A stretch of DNA of 64,000 nucleotides from Leptospiraceae bacterium (GCA_040217195.1 JAVJNR010000002.1:480001-544000), one strand, 5' to 3'; positions 40,527-50,561 are shown, counted from the first letter of the stretch. Numbers and translations are program-made. Notes: a model not told the origin generated them from the sequence alone.

Positions 40527-41494
40527 TTCGAGGGCTGGTACTGGGAAAATTTCTTCCTCCCCACCAGGGTCATCTTCACCTAATTGAACAGGCCAGAAAG
40601 AATTGCGATCTATTAACGGTAGTAGTAGGTACGCTGCAACGCGAGCCCATTGAAGGAAATCTACGTTTTTTCTGGATGCAGCAGTTGTGCGATGGTTGCC
40701 GCGTAGTACATCTTACAGATGAGAATCCTCAATACCCGAATGAGCATCCAGATTTCTGGTCCATCTGGCGGCTAAGCCTGAAAAAGATGCATCCAGAGCC
40801 GGTGGACATATTGTTCTCTTCCGAGGATTATGGAGATCGTCTGGCCCAGGAATTAGACGCAAAGCACCATTCTATAGATCCAGACAGGAAAACGGTACCC
40901 ATCTCAGGTACAGAAATTCGCAGAAGGCCTATTTCCCATTACTCATTTATTCCATTACCGGTGCGACCCTACTTCAACAAGAAGATCGTTATTACGGGAG
41001 CGGAATCCACAGGAAAAACAACCACAGCCAGGCATCTTGCCAACCGTTTCCATACTCAGTGGGCCCATGAATATGCCAGGGAGTATCTGGATCATATGGG
41101 CCGGTTTGTAGAGAAGGATGATATTCCTTCCATCGCTCAAGGACAGATGGCGCTGGAAGATCGCGTACAACAGATGGCCAACCGGATCTATTTCTGCGAT
41201 ACGGATCTGATGGCCACCAGAATCTACAGTGAGCATTATTTTGCAGAATGTCCTTCTTTTATTCCCGATGAGCTTTCCAGGCGACTGGGAGATTTTTATA
41301 TCTTTTTGGACACTGACATACCCTGGGTTTCGGATCCTCAAAGGGATGCCGGACATCTTCGAACTGAGTTTAGACAACGATTTATAGATGAGTTAAAAAG
41401 GTATGATGTGGAGTATGCAATAATAGGTGGTAGCTTTACTGAGCGATTGAATGAGTCGGTTAATACAGTAAATGGGTTTCTGCAACGATTTTGA
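40523..41494 (+). CDS. nadR: NadR-like NMN adenylyltransferase / ribosylnicotinamide kinase (no HTH)
   Basis: GKFLPPHQGH (HxGH), ISGTEIR, GAESTGKTT P-loop, EYAREY, CDTD. Confidence 0.85.
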   Translation: MIRGLVLGKFLPPHQGHLHLIEQARKNCDLLTVVVGTLQREPIEGNLRFFWMQQLCDGCRVVHLTDENPQYPNEHPDFWSIWRLSLKKMHPEPVDILFSSEDYGDRLAQELDAKHHSIDPDRKTVPISGTEIRRRPISHYSFIPLPVRPYFNKKIVITGAESTGKTTTARHLANRFHTQWAHEYAREYLDHMGRFVEKDDIPSIAQGQMALEDRVQQMANRIYFCDTDLMATRIYSEHYFAECPSFIPDELSRRLGDFYIFLDTDIPWVSDPQRDAGHLRTEFRQRFIDELKRYDVEYAIIGGSFTERLNESVNTVNGFLQRF

Positions 41495-41551
41495 TTTCGC
41501 TTGACTTTCTTCTTTCCGCTGGTTGCTGTTAACTGCCATCGGAGAGAAAAA

Positions 41552-42508
41552 ATGTATCGCATAAATTGTAATTCTATTGTAACAGTATTGACTTCTGCAT
41601 TGCTAACGTTGTTTTTTGCAACTCAATGCACCGAGCGTCGTGAAGTAGTGATCAAAGGATCAAACACAATGCTCCCTATCATGAAGATAGTAGAGAAGGA
41701 ATACGAAAAAGAAAACCCGGAGATTGATCTTGTTATTTCAGCCCCAGGTTCTGAAGCAGGCATCGATGCATTGACTGCAGGTGAAATTGACATCGCACCA
41801 TCGTCACGGGAGGTGTACCCCGGTGAACTGGACAAACTCAAAGAAAACGGGCCGGTAAAAGTTATGGAAGTGGCATTTGACTGCCTGCTTCTGGTTGTGA
41901 ATCCGGACAATCCTGTAACCTCCCTGCGATTAAAGGAAACTTCCGATGTATTCACGGGAAAAATCAAGAACTGGAAAGACCTGGGTGGACCTGACCTGCC
42001 TATAGTGGTCATGGTCCGAGATGAGAAATCTGGCAGCGCCGACTACTTCAAAGAACATGTTCTCAGGCTCAGGGATCTAGGCGAAGATGCCTATGAAAAG
42101 GCAAGGGAAGAGCAATATTCGGAGGAAGCCCTGGTAGTCAAATCCAACGATGCGATGAGCAAGAAGATTCTCAGTACCAATGGAGCCATTGGATTTATGG
42201 GAATGGGCAGTGCAGAGAAAGTGCATACTAGACTTGTAAAGGCTTTGAACTATGCCAGAGTACCATCGGAACAACCGGTGGCTCCTACCATTGAAAATGT
42301 CTATAATCGTACCTATCGCTTATCCAGACCACTTTACCTGGTATTTAGGCCCGGAACGAATCCAGATGTGGATGCATTTACTGAATGGATGATTTCGGAT
42401 AAGGGGCAAAGACTAATCAAGTCCGCCGGCTACTTGCGCTATACAATGGAAGAGATTCAGGTAATCGAAGAAAGAAAAGCCGAGCAATCCCCGGAAGCCG
42501 AGAATTAA
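41552..42508 (+). CDS. pstS: Phosphate ABC transporter substrate-binding lipoprotein
   Basis: Lipobox ATQC, KGSNTM, GS..GI, SSR, RDEKSGS, Y.LSRPLY; no pstCAB in the window. Confidence 0.85.
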   Translation: MYRINCNSIVTVLTSALLTLFFATQCTERREVVIKGSNTMLPIMKIVEKEYEKENPEIDLVISAPGSEAGIDALTAGEIDIAPSSREVYPGELDKLKENGPVKVMEVAFDCLLLVVNPDNPVTSLRLKETSDVFTGKIKNWKDLGGPDLPIVVMVRDEKSGSADYFKEHVLRLRDLGEDAYEKAREEQYSEEALVVKSNDAMSKKILSTNGAIGFMGMGSAEKVHTRLVKALNYARVPSEQPVAPTIENVYNRTYRLSRPLYLVFRPGTNPDVDAFTEWMISDKGQRLIKSAGYLRYTMEEIQVIEERKAEQSPEAEN

Positions 42509-42658
42509 CCCTGCGGGTCAGAATTGTGGCGTTGGGAGGTGCCTGGATTTCCGTTCGAAATAGGTTTGTTTCAGTGTTGCGAACGGACAGAAGGGTCCTT
42601 ACCTAGTTTCATAGCTGAAGGCTCTTTCTGTGGTCTGGTCCAGCGAATGACTGGAACT

Positions 42659-43555
42659 TTAGGTCTTTTTACGGGAAGTCTGTGATTCATAGAAATTGCA
42701 AACATCTTTGGGGCATAGCTCCTGGGTGACTGCATTTCTAAACTCTGTTGCGAAGCATCCCCTAGACTGACTATCCACATTTAAAGATGGATCTGCTTTC
42801 TTCAGTTCTGTAAGGGTACAAAACCTGAGTTCCAGACTGTATCGATTCAGGCCAGATGTATTGGGCATGGTTCCATGCAAATGCCTCGAAGCAAATAACA
42901 ATCCTTCTCCCCGGCGAACCTCTGGGATATAGGCCTTTTCCATTCTCGGTGCATTTGCTGCGGATGGATAAACAGAACCGGTACCTGCGATAACCTGGTC
43001 GCCCTCTTTGCGAAAGGCTTGAAAGCCACCGGACTGATTCCAGTGATCCAGAGAGAAGCTACTGGAATCGTTTTCCACCGCTGAGTCCAGAAATTCAGGG
43101 AAGAAGACGATTCCATTACTTCTGTCGCAACTGGACAGAGGGACCCATAGATTTATCTGACAGGCCGGGTTCGCATAGAAAGTATCTCTGTGCCAACAAA
43201 GTAGCCCTCGTGCCCGGGGATGCTCCTGAAAATTCGGGGGGATGCAGCGAAACCGTACGAGATCAGAATACACATCCTCTAAACTCCATCCGTTTTCTTT
43301 TAGGATCTTTAGAGATAGGTATCGTATTGTCTTCGAGTGAGAGATCTCATTTCGGATTAGGCTCAACCGTTCCAGATAAAGGGAGTTCTCCCGGGGGTCG
43401 AAAATGTTTAGATCCAGAGGATGCCGCTGCAAGATCGAGTGGCACTGCCGGGCAATGGGCTCTATCAATCCACTGCTAAATTGATGTATTTGCCCAGAAT
43501 ATAATATTCTTATGTCTGGCGAGTTCGCATTCGCACTTTCCTTCGAATAGATCAT
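42659..43555 (-). CDS. PhyH-like Fe(II)/2-oxoglutarate dioxygenase
   Basis: WHRD (HxD), INLWVPL, HLHGT distal His, R.SLELR. Confidence 0.75.
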   Translation of the reverse strand: MIYSKESANANSPDIRILYSGQIHQFSSGLIEPIARQCHSILQRHPLDLNIFDPRENSLYLERLSLIRNEISHSKTIRYLSLKILKENGWSLEDVYSDLVRFRCIPPNFQEHPRARGLLCWHRDTFYANPACQINLWVPLSSCDRSNGIVFFPEFLDSAVENDSSSFSLDHWNQSGGFQAFRKEGDQVIAGTGSVYPSAANAPRMEKAYIPEVRRGEGLLFASRHLHGTMPNTSGLNRYSLELRFCTLTELKKADPSLNVDSQSRGCFATEFRNAVTQELCPKDVCNFYESQTSRKKT

Positions 43556-44271
43556 TTTTTCATGTAGATGGCCCTTTCACTGGCACCCAGCTTTTCAATA
43601 CTGTAACGTAGCATGGTTCGAGGCATTTCAGAAGCATAAATATTTAGAAAACTCCTCAGTCTTGTAATGTCCTTTTTGCCCAGTTCTCTGAGTACCCAAC
43701 CGCAGGCTTTGTGTATCAAATCGTGAGGATGGTTCAAAAAGGATTTGCATAGCTTCAGTGCCGGGTCCATAATATCGTTCCTGATAAGGTAAAGGTTCGT
43801 CACAACAGAGATGCGCTCCTTCCAGAGATTTCCAGACCTGGACAATTCAAATAGTAGACCCTGGTCTTGCAAGCAGACCGGTCCAAGAATCGGACCACAG
43901 GAGAGGTCTACCAGGTCCCAGTTGTTTACGTACTGAAGATTAGATAGATAGAGGTTCCTTAGTTTTTCGCTCATTGTCTCATCAGCTTTTTCCATTTTTC
44001 GGATTAACAACACGAGACCCAGGAATCGGCACTCATGAAATTCATCCTGTAGTAGCTCCTTAATGACGGAGATTGCGATTCGATCTCGCTCAACCTTTCC
44101 TACAGTTCGAATGTCCGGCACGGTAACGCCAAGAAAGCGATCGCCTTCACCATATTGCCCCGGGCCGGTCTTGAAAAACCGAGGATAGAAGGCGGCCTTT
44201 TCCGGCCGAATCTTCGACCTGAGTTCTTTCCTAAACCGGCTGGCAGGAATTGTTTTTTCGTTTGATTGCAA
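43552..44271 (-). CDS. AlkD-like DNA alkylation repair protein
   Basis: FFKTGPGQYGEGDRFLGV.VP, NNWDLVD, HDLIHKACGWVLRE.GK, MPRTMLRY.IE. Confidence 0.9.
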   Translation of the reverse strand: MQSNEKTIPASRFRKELRSKIRPEKAAFYPRFFKTGPGQYGEGDRFLGVTVPDIRTVGKVERDRIAISVIKELLQDEFHECRFLGLVLLIRKMEKADETMSEKLRNLYLSNLQYVNNWDLVDLSCGPILGPVCLQDQGLLFELSRSGNLWKERISVVTNLYLIRNDIMDPALKLCKSFLNHPHDLIHKACGWVLRELGKKDITRLRSFLNIYASEMPRTMLRYSIEKLGASERAIYMKK

Positions 44272-44307
44272 ATGCTATCTCCCTGACTGTAATCCGAGGC
44301 TCAGCCT

Positions 44308-46410
44308 ATGCCCCGAAATTTTTTCAAGACGGTTTTCTGGAATGTTGTTATCGCTGTAGCGTATTTCCTGACCGGACTCTGGGGTTTAGATCTTGCATTT
44401 ATTAATTCCAATGTAACACTCATTTGGCCTCCAACAGGGATTGCAATTGCCGGCCTGTTCTTTTTACGCCTTAATGCTGCCCCGGGTATTCTGGCCGGAG
44501 CCCTGATTGCAGATTTATTGAACGGTGCGGATCCTGTAATCGCAACCTGTATAGCGGCTGGTAACACAGTGGGCCTGGTCCTGGGTTATGGTCTTGCCCG
44601 GTCAGCCTTCCGTGGAGCCCCGGATTTCGCACAGGTTCGATTTACAATTTCGTTCATCGTATACGCTGCAATTATAGGCACGATTTTTACCTCCCTGTGG
44701 GGAGTGTCCACTCTGTATCTGGCCAACATCATACAGGGTGGCGCTGTGCTGGAGACCGGGCTGGTATGGTGGATTGGCGATGCAATGGGAGTCCTGATTT
44801 TTGGGGCTCCTTTGCTTTCGGTGTCAAAGATCCGAAAGAAACTCATTACCTGGCCTGGAATTCTGGAGTTTGTATTGTTGCTGGCTTTGGCCTCTGCTGT
44901 AAGTTACGGGGTATTCTTCGCCGCTCTGGGCATTGCATCCCATTATCCACTAATTTTTCTGGTGTTTCCTTTTCTGGTCTGGGCAGCCATTCGGTTCGGT
45001 CCAGACGGAGGATCAATTGTGGTACTTCTGGTGGCGGTCTTCGCTATAAACAGCACAGTTGCAGGACTGGGCCCCTTCGCCGGAGAGGAAATTCATAATA
45101 GCCTTTTGTTCCTCCATACCTATTTGAGTTTGTTTGCCATTACAACTTTGTTCCTGGGCTCCATTCTGGAGGAGAAACGTCAGTATGTTCTGGAGATTTC
45201 TGAAGCCAGGGAACGAGCGGATGAATCAAATCGATTAAAGAGTGAATTTTTGGCGAATATGAGCCATGAGATTCGCACACCCGTAAGTGTTATTCTGGGA
45301 TTTATCGATCTTCTAAAGGATTCAGAGCTCACAGAAGTGGATAGAATTCATCACATCGATACAATACGGCGAAATGGCCACCATCTACTGGCACTGATCA
45401 ACGATATCCTGGATTTGTCCAGAATCGAGGCAGGTAGACTTCCCGTTGAAAAACAAAAGATTGCCCTGGTTGCATTCCTTGAAGAGCTATCAGAACCATT
45501 TCGCCTCCGTGCCCGGGATAAGGGACTTAGTTTTTCGCACAGTAATGAAGGGAATGTTCCTCGATATATTATTAGTGATCCAATGCGGCTGCGACAAATA
45601 CTCTCCAATCTTCTGGGAAATGCGGTAAAGTTTACGGATAGAGGAACCGTGGGGCTTCACTTAACCGCCAACACGGAAGAGAGTGGAACGAATCTACAGT
45701 TTACGGTTACCGATACAGGTCCGGGAATGGACAGCGTTCAAATCAAGAATCTGTTTAAGCCTTTTTCACAGGTAGGTAATTCGCCTCAGAGACGGTTTGG
45801 CGGTGCTGGCCTGGGACTTGCAATCTCCCGGAGGTTGGCCGAGCTGATGCAGGGTCAGCTGGAAGTGGAATCTGCGCCGGACGTAGGCTCCCGTTTTTCC
45901 TTCACGCTTCAACTTTTGCGGGAGGAATGCATCTGGCATGATGATCTTGATACAAAAGAGAAGGGCTCGTCTGGTTTTCCCCAGGGGCAGGGCCGGATTG
46001 TTCTCGGAAACTCCACAAACCGGAAGCCGGAGATTCTGGTTGTAGAAGATACGGAGGATATACAAATATTGATTCGCCGCCAGCTGGAAAGCCTGGGGGC
46101 AATCGTCTTTGAGGCTTACAATGGCAGAGAAGCTCTGGACATTGTAGATGCAAGGAGGGCCCCCGGAAAGGGCGGCCGCTTCGATGTAATACTGATGGAT
46201 ATTCAGATGCCAGTGATGGACGGCTATGAAACGGTTAGCCGTCTCAGAGCCACGGGTTATTCCGGGCGGATCATCGCTATAACGGCCCATGCGATGGAAG
46301 GTGAAGAAAAAAAATGTCTTGCGGCGGGAATGGATGCCTATCTATCCAAACCGGTGGAACGCACAAAGCTCAAGCAAGCGATAGGCCTAAGCGGCGGCAG
46401 AGGCTATTGA
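44308..46410 (+). CDS. MASE1-domain hybrid sensor histidine kinase (HisKA-HATPase-REC)
   Basis: IWPPTGI/WWIGD MASE1; MSHEIRTP; NLLGNAVKFT, DTGPGM, GAGLGL; receiver MDIQMP...KP. Confidence 0.93.
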   Translation: MPRNFFKTVFWNVVIAVAYFLTGLWGLDLAFINSNVTLIWPPTGIAIAGLFFLRLNAAPGILAGALIADLLNGADPVIATCIAAGNTVGLVLGYGLARSAFRGAPDFAQVRFTISFIVYAAIIGTIFTSLWGVSTLYLANIIQGGAVLETGLVWWIGDAMGVLIFGAPLLSVSKIRKKLITWPGILEFVLLLALASAVSYGVFFAALGIASHYPLIFLVFPFLVWAAIRFGPDGGSIVVLLVAVFAINSTVAGLGPFAGEEIHNSLLFLHTYLSLFAITTLFLGSILEEKRQYVLEISEARERADESNRLKSEFLANMSHEIRTPVSVILGFIDLLKDSELTEVDRIHHIDTIRRNGHHLLALINDILDLSRIEAGRLPVEKQKIALVAFLEELSEPFRLRARDKGLSFSHSNEGNVPRYIISDPMRLRQILSNLLGNAVKFTDRGTVGLHLTANTEESGTNLQFTVTDTGPGMDSVQIKNLFKPFSQVGNSPQRRFGGAGLGLAISRRLAELMQGQLEVESAPDVGSRFSFTLQLLREECIWHDDLDTKEKGSSGFPQGQGRIVLGNSTNRKPEILVVEDTEDIQILIRRQLESLGAIVFEAYNGREALDIVDARRAPGKGGRFDVILMDIQMPVMDGYETVSRLRATGYSGRIIAITAHAMEGEEKKCLAAGMDAYLSKPVERTKLKQAIGLSGGRGY

Positions 46411-46421
46411 AGGGTGTAACG

Positions 46422-47261
46422 ATGAACGAAGGAACAGCAATAAAAACAGCGTATCGAATATCCATTGCTCTGGATGCATTGCTCTTTTCCGGGGCGCTTC
46501 TGGTTACTTTTCTCTGGCTTCTGGGCTATCCGGCTTTCTATTCGGATTCTTCACCAGTGATGTCAGCATTCACTTCTCTTTCCATCCTGTTAATGGTCGG
46601 AAGCCGAATTGCGCGAAAGACATTGTTTGGATGGCCCACAGCTCTGACTCTTGCCGTCAATGGGCTGGTGATGGGGGGAAACATATCCTCCATGCTCATC
46701 CATCTTTCCATGCCTCCTGAGCTACTTTCATCCTTCGATATAGTGCTCACATCTGTAATGACTTCCGTTGGGTTGACTCTGTTCTGTTTTTACGAATTGA
46801 TGGTAGCGCTGCGCGAAACGCCTCAGAGCGCGCTGATTATTGATGACATTCTGCTTCATCTGGCTCTGGTACCGGGCGGTTTGAGCCTTCTGGGAGTTCT
46901 GCTCAATAATCCAACCTACATAAGCGAAGGAAGCGATCCTAGAGTTGGGATTTCGCTTCTGGAGATGGGATTTATGGGCCTCTATGCAGTTTCAGCAGTT
47001 GTATCCAACCAACATCTATTTTTATGGCAATTTCTGGCTGCCTCCTGGGCCAATCGTTGGATCTTCCTGGCTTTGTTTGCAAACCAGTTTATCGCACCGC
47101 TGGTCGTAGCTTATCTCTTTATCGGTGTGACCGGGAATAGTGCCGGTCCCGGTTTGGAACTATTTGTACTTCTGGCTGGAGTCATAGCCACAGTTACTTT
47201 TCTGGCCATGCAAGCCTATCTGCAGCGCCGAAAGGGAACAGAAAAGCCAGAAACACTGTAA
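46422..47261 (+). CDS. Hypothetical polytopic membrane protein
   Basis: About 8 hydrophobic segments; ATG 46422 just after the kinase stop (track start 46314). Confidence 0.75.
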   Translation: MNEGTAIKTAYRISIALDALLFSGALLVTFLWLLGYPAFYSDSSPVMSAFTSLSILLMVGSRIARKTLFGWPTALTLAVNGLVMGGNISSMLIHLSMPPELLSSFDIVLTSVMTSVGLTLFCFYELMVALRETPQSALIIDDILLHLALVPGGLSLLGVLLNNPTYISEGSDPRVGISLLEMGFMGLYAVSAVVSNQHLFLWQFLAASWANRWIFLALFANQFIAPLVVAYLFIGVTGNSAGPGLELFVLLAGVIATVTFLAMQAYLQRRKGTEKPETL

Positions 47262-47374
47262 TCTTTCTGCCGCACTCGATAGGGCGAATTCTTACTTTCA
47301 GCCGACCGTGGTTCAATGTATGCTGAATCCTGAAACTACGGTTCTGCATTGACAGCACACAGGCCTTCCATGCG

Positions 47375-48589
47375 ATGAAGCATCCCATGTCTTCCTCTCA
47401 GGAACAGAGCCGACCGCTGCACGGCATCCTACCCGCATTTAAAGATCAAAAGATTGAACGAGACTTTCTGCGTGCAGATGCACGCAGGACCAGGCGTTTT
47501 ATTCGGATGCTGGCTCTTCTGGGCCTGATGATTTCGGCCCTCACATGGCAGGGAGCTCTGGAACCACTGGGTCATAGGCCCAATGCATTATTCATTTCTG
47601 CAGTTCTGCGTGCCGCTTACGCATTGCTCTGCATCACTTTGTTCTGGTACAGTCAGAGGGATACCTCTATATTTCGAGTGTATCATTTTACCACGGCCAT
47701 TTACCTGGGATCCCTTCTCATTGTAACCCTGCGAATGTCGGCCATGGAGCAGTACGAATCTGGTCTGTTCTGGGAGGTTTTTTTTGTAAGCAGGGATGGC
47801 CTGATTTCCTGGATTGTAGTAAGCGCTGCTGTATTGCTTTTTGTTCCCGGGCACTATCCATATAATGTAGCCATTTCGTTTCTGGGTTTCATTTTCTGCT
47901 ATTCTATGATGCTCAAATCCGGTGCAGAGCATCCCTTACAGGCAATCTATGTCTTCGGTACCGCTTATTTGATCACTCTTGCAATGAGTGGGCATTTTCA
48001 AAGGTTGCAGAGAAAGCATTATCAGCTGGTCTTGGATCTGCAGGATGCCAATGGCCGGCTGGAGCATCTGGCCAGCACCGATGCTCTCACCAGTATTATG
48101 AATCGCAGAAGCTTTGTGGATGCACTGGAAAGGGAATACAGACGTTGTATGCGCCATAAAGAGGATCTGGCTTTGGTTCTATTTGACCTGGATTACTTCA
48201 AAGAAATCAATGATACACATGGGCACCCTGCCGGGGATGCAGTGTTGAGGACTATGGCCCAGGCCGTACTTGAACAAATTCGAAAGGAAGATTACTTTGC
48301 ACGGCTGGGTGGCGAAGAGTTTGCATTATTGCTTCCAGAGACGGATCCACCCCATGCAAATCAATTCTCGGAGCGGATTCGTCAAACAATTGAGAATCTT
48401 CGCGTAGCATTTCAGAATACTCAAATAGCTGTTACCGCAAGTTTCGGCGTTACTTACCTCCATTCAAAAGATGAGGATGAAGACTCCGTCCTTATTCGCG
48501 CAGATCGAGCGTTATACGAAGCCAAGAAGAAAGGCCGAAACAAGGTAATGGTTCTTGAATACGGCGAATCGCAGGCCGCAAGCGATTGA
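47375..48589 (+). CDS. Membrane diguanylate cyclase
   Basis: N-terminal TMs; TDALT, DLDYFKEIND.HGH..GD, RKED I-site, RLGGEEF. Confidence 0.93.
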   Translation: MKHPMSSSQEQSRPLHGILPAFKDQKIERDFLRADARRTRRFIRMLALLGLMISALTWQGALEPLGHRPNALFISAVLRAAYALLCITLFWYSQRDTSIFRVYHFTTAIYLGSLLIVTLRMSAMEQYESGLFWEVFFVSRDGLISWIVVSAAVLLFVPGHYPYNVAISFLGFIFCYSMMLKSGAEHPLQAIYVFGTAYLITLAMSGHFQRLQRKHYQLVLDLQDANGRLEHLASTDALTSIMNRRSFVDALEREYRRCMRHKEDLALVLFDLDYFKEINDTHGHPAGDAVLRTMAQAVLEQIRKEDYFARLGGEEFALLLPETDPPHANQFSERIRQTIENLRVAFQNTQIAVTASFGVTYLHSKDEDEDSVLIRADRALYEAKKKGRNKVMVLEYGESQAASD

Positions 48590-48627
48590 TCCTGATTTCA
48601 CGGATTCGATCCTCTCTACTCCCAACG

Positions 48628-48882
48628 TTAGTTTAGAGCCTTGTTGATCAGCTCCCGGATCTTCTCCACCGAAGGCAAAGGTTTTCCCTGGTGCGCAACC
48701 TCACCGTTTATTACCAGCCCTGGTGTGGCGAAAATGGGAAAAGCTTGAATATCCTCCATCTTGTCCAGGTATTCAAGTTCTACACTACCGTCAGGCAGGG
48801 AGAGCTCTTCTACAGCTTGCTGCACCGCTTTATGCAAGTTTTTACAATTCTGGCAGCCGGGGCCCAGTACCTTAATATTCAT
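48628..48882 (-). CDS. Small redox-active disulfide protein (thioredoxin-like)
   Basis: IKVLGPGCQNC, TPGLVING. Confidence 0.9.
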   Translation of the reverse strand: MNIKVLGPGCQNCKNLHKAVQQAVEELSLPDGSVELEYLDKMEDIQAFPIFATPGLVINGEVAHQGKPLPSVEKIRELINKALN

Positions 48883-49025
48883 TTGTGCCTCCTAGAAAAA
48901 TATAGAATTCCTGGATTGCAATTGGGCGGCTCCACCGGAGGAAGCGCCGATGCTTCAACTGTCCCGGATTATTTGGGGCTTCATTGGCCGGCCTGGACGG
49001 AAATAGTCCCTGGCTAAGAAACGGT

Positions 49026-50183
49026 TCAAATAGCTCCAAAGAAATATCCGGCCAGTGTCGAGAACAAGATTACCAGTAATGCGTATACCACAGTTTTCTT
49101 CCATCCCATAATGCTCCTTAGAGCCAACAGAGAGGGAAGGCTGATGGCAGGGCCCGCCAGCAGAAGAGATAGGGCTGGTCCTTTGCCCATCCCGGCGCCC
49201 AGAAGTCCCTGGAGAATAGGGATTTCTGTAAGAGTGGCAAAATACATCAATGCGCCGGACAGGGATGCGAAGAGACATGCCTGAAAGCTTTCGCCTCCAA
49301 CCAGGCTTTCTATATAATGGGCGGGAATCAAGCCAGCTTCGGTCCCCGGTCGGCCCAGAAGCCAACCGGCCACAAATACACCTATAAAAAGATAGGGTAC
49401 AATCAATTTTGTGAAGCTCCAGGTTTCCTCCATCCAGGTCCTTCGTTCATCCCTCCGGAAAAAGATCATACTGGAAAGTAGAACCAGTCCCAGAAAGCCT
49501 GCTGCCAGCCACCACTTGATGGAGTAGATGAAGCTGTAGAATGTACCAAACTCTTCGGGGGCGGACAAGGTGGCCGCCAGGAGAAAGCCAATCAAGGAAA
49601 GAAAAAGAACCATATCCTGCCAGAGTGGTCGTTCCCTTACGCCCTGGATTGGTACGACTGATGCTTCTTCATTTGACGGGAATAGCAGTTGCATGATCCA
49701 CCCAATGCCGGCTGCAAATAAGACCGATACAGCGAATCGTACAGCGCCCAGCTCCCAACCAAGAATGCGGGCTGTGAGTATGATAGCCAGGACATTGATC
49801 GCCGGCCCAGAATAGAGGAATGCTATTGCCGGTCCCAGTCCGGCTCCCCGGCGATAAATGCTGGAAAAGAGAGGAAGTACGGTGCAGGAGCAAACGGCCA
49901 ACATCGTACCGGAAACCGAAGCCACCGAATAGGAAATCCAGGCTGAAACCCCGCCGGCAAAATACTTAATAATCGCTACCTGGGATACGAAGGCGGCCAC
50001 AGCGCCTGCAATGAACAGTGCAGGTACCAGACAGGTAAGGGTATGCTCTCGGATATAATCCTGGAGCATGAAGAATCCTTCCAGAAGAGCTCGGCTAGCG
50101 TCCGGACTATTCAGCGGATACAGGAAGATGAGTGCGAAGGCACCCAGCAGATAAACTAGCTTTTTGACTTCATCGGAAAGCAT
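49026..50183 (-). CDS. DUF318 / ArsP-like permease
   Basis: H.LTCLVPA.FIAG, AVCSCTVLPLF, FLYSGPAIN, YFATLTE.PI, LLAGPA.SLP. Confidence 0.9.
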   Translation of the reverse strand: MLSDEVKKLVYLLGAFALIFLYPLNSPDASRALLEGFFMLQDYIREHTLTCLVPALFIAGAVAAFVSQVAIIKYFAGGVSAWISYSVASVSGTMLAVCSCTVLPLFSSIYRRGAGLGPAIAFLYSGPAINVLAIILTARILGWELGAVRFAVSVLFAAGIGWIMQLLFPSNEEASVVPIQGVRERPLWQDMVLFLSLIGFLLAATLSAPEEFGTFYSFIYSIKWWLAAGFLGLVLLSSMIFFRRDERRTWMEETWSFTKLIVPYLFIGVFVAGWLLGRPGTEAGLIPAHYIESLVGGESFQACLFASLSGALMYFATLTEIPILQGLLGAGMGKGPALSLLLAGPAISLPSLLALRSIMGWKKTVVYALLVILFSTLAGYFFGAI

Positions 50184-50338
50184 GAATGATAGTATACTGT
50201 ATTCATCTTGAGGGAACGCCAGAAATCCAGTAGCTCCCTTCCATTGTTCCGGGAGTGCCCTCGGGGCAATGCCCCAAACCCATTTCAGGTTCCGTAGATA
50301 ATTGAAACGCGGCTAAAGGAGATTCCGATTTTCTGAGG

Positions 50339-50367
50339 ATTATGGTAATATTGCAATATTGCGAAAA
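50339..50367 (-). promoter_or_regulatory. Palindromic operator overlapping a candidate promoter of the permease operon
   Basis: Perfect palindrome AATATTGCAATATT (50347-50360) next to a CATAAT -10-like hexamer on the minus strand. Confidence 0.55.
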
Positions 50368-50561
50368 TTAGATCAGGCCCTGGAGATGACCACAATTATT
50401 TGCCAATCATACAGGAAGGTCTATCCGGGGCCCTGACTTAATCAATGCCTCAGCGGATATATCTATAGATAGTACTGCCCGGCCCTCTTCGACGGCAGGT
50501 TATGCATATAGGGCAAGTCCATCTGACTGAAGCCAGGCGGTCTGGTTATGCCGGGGAAAAG

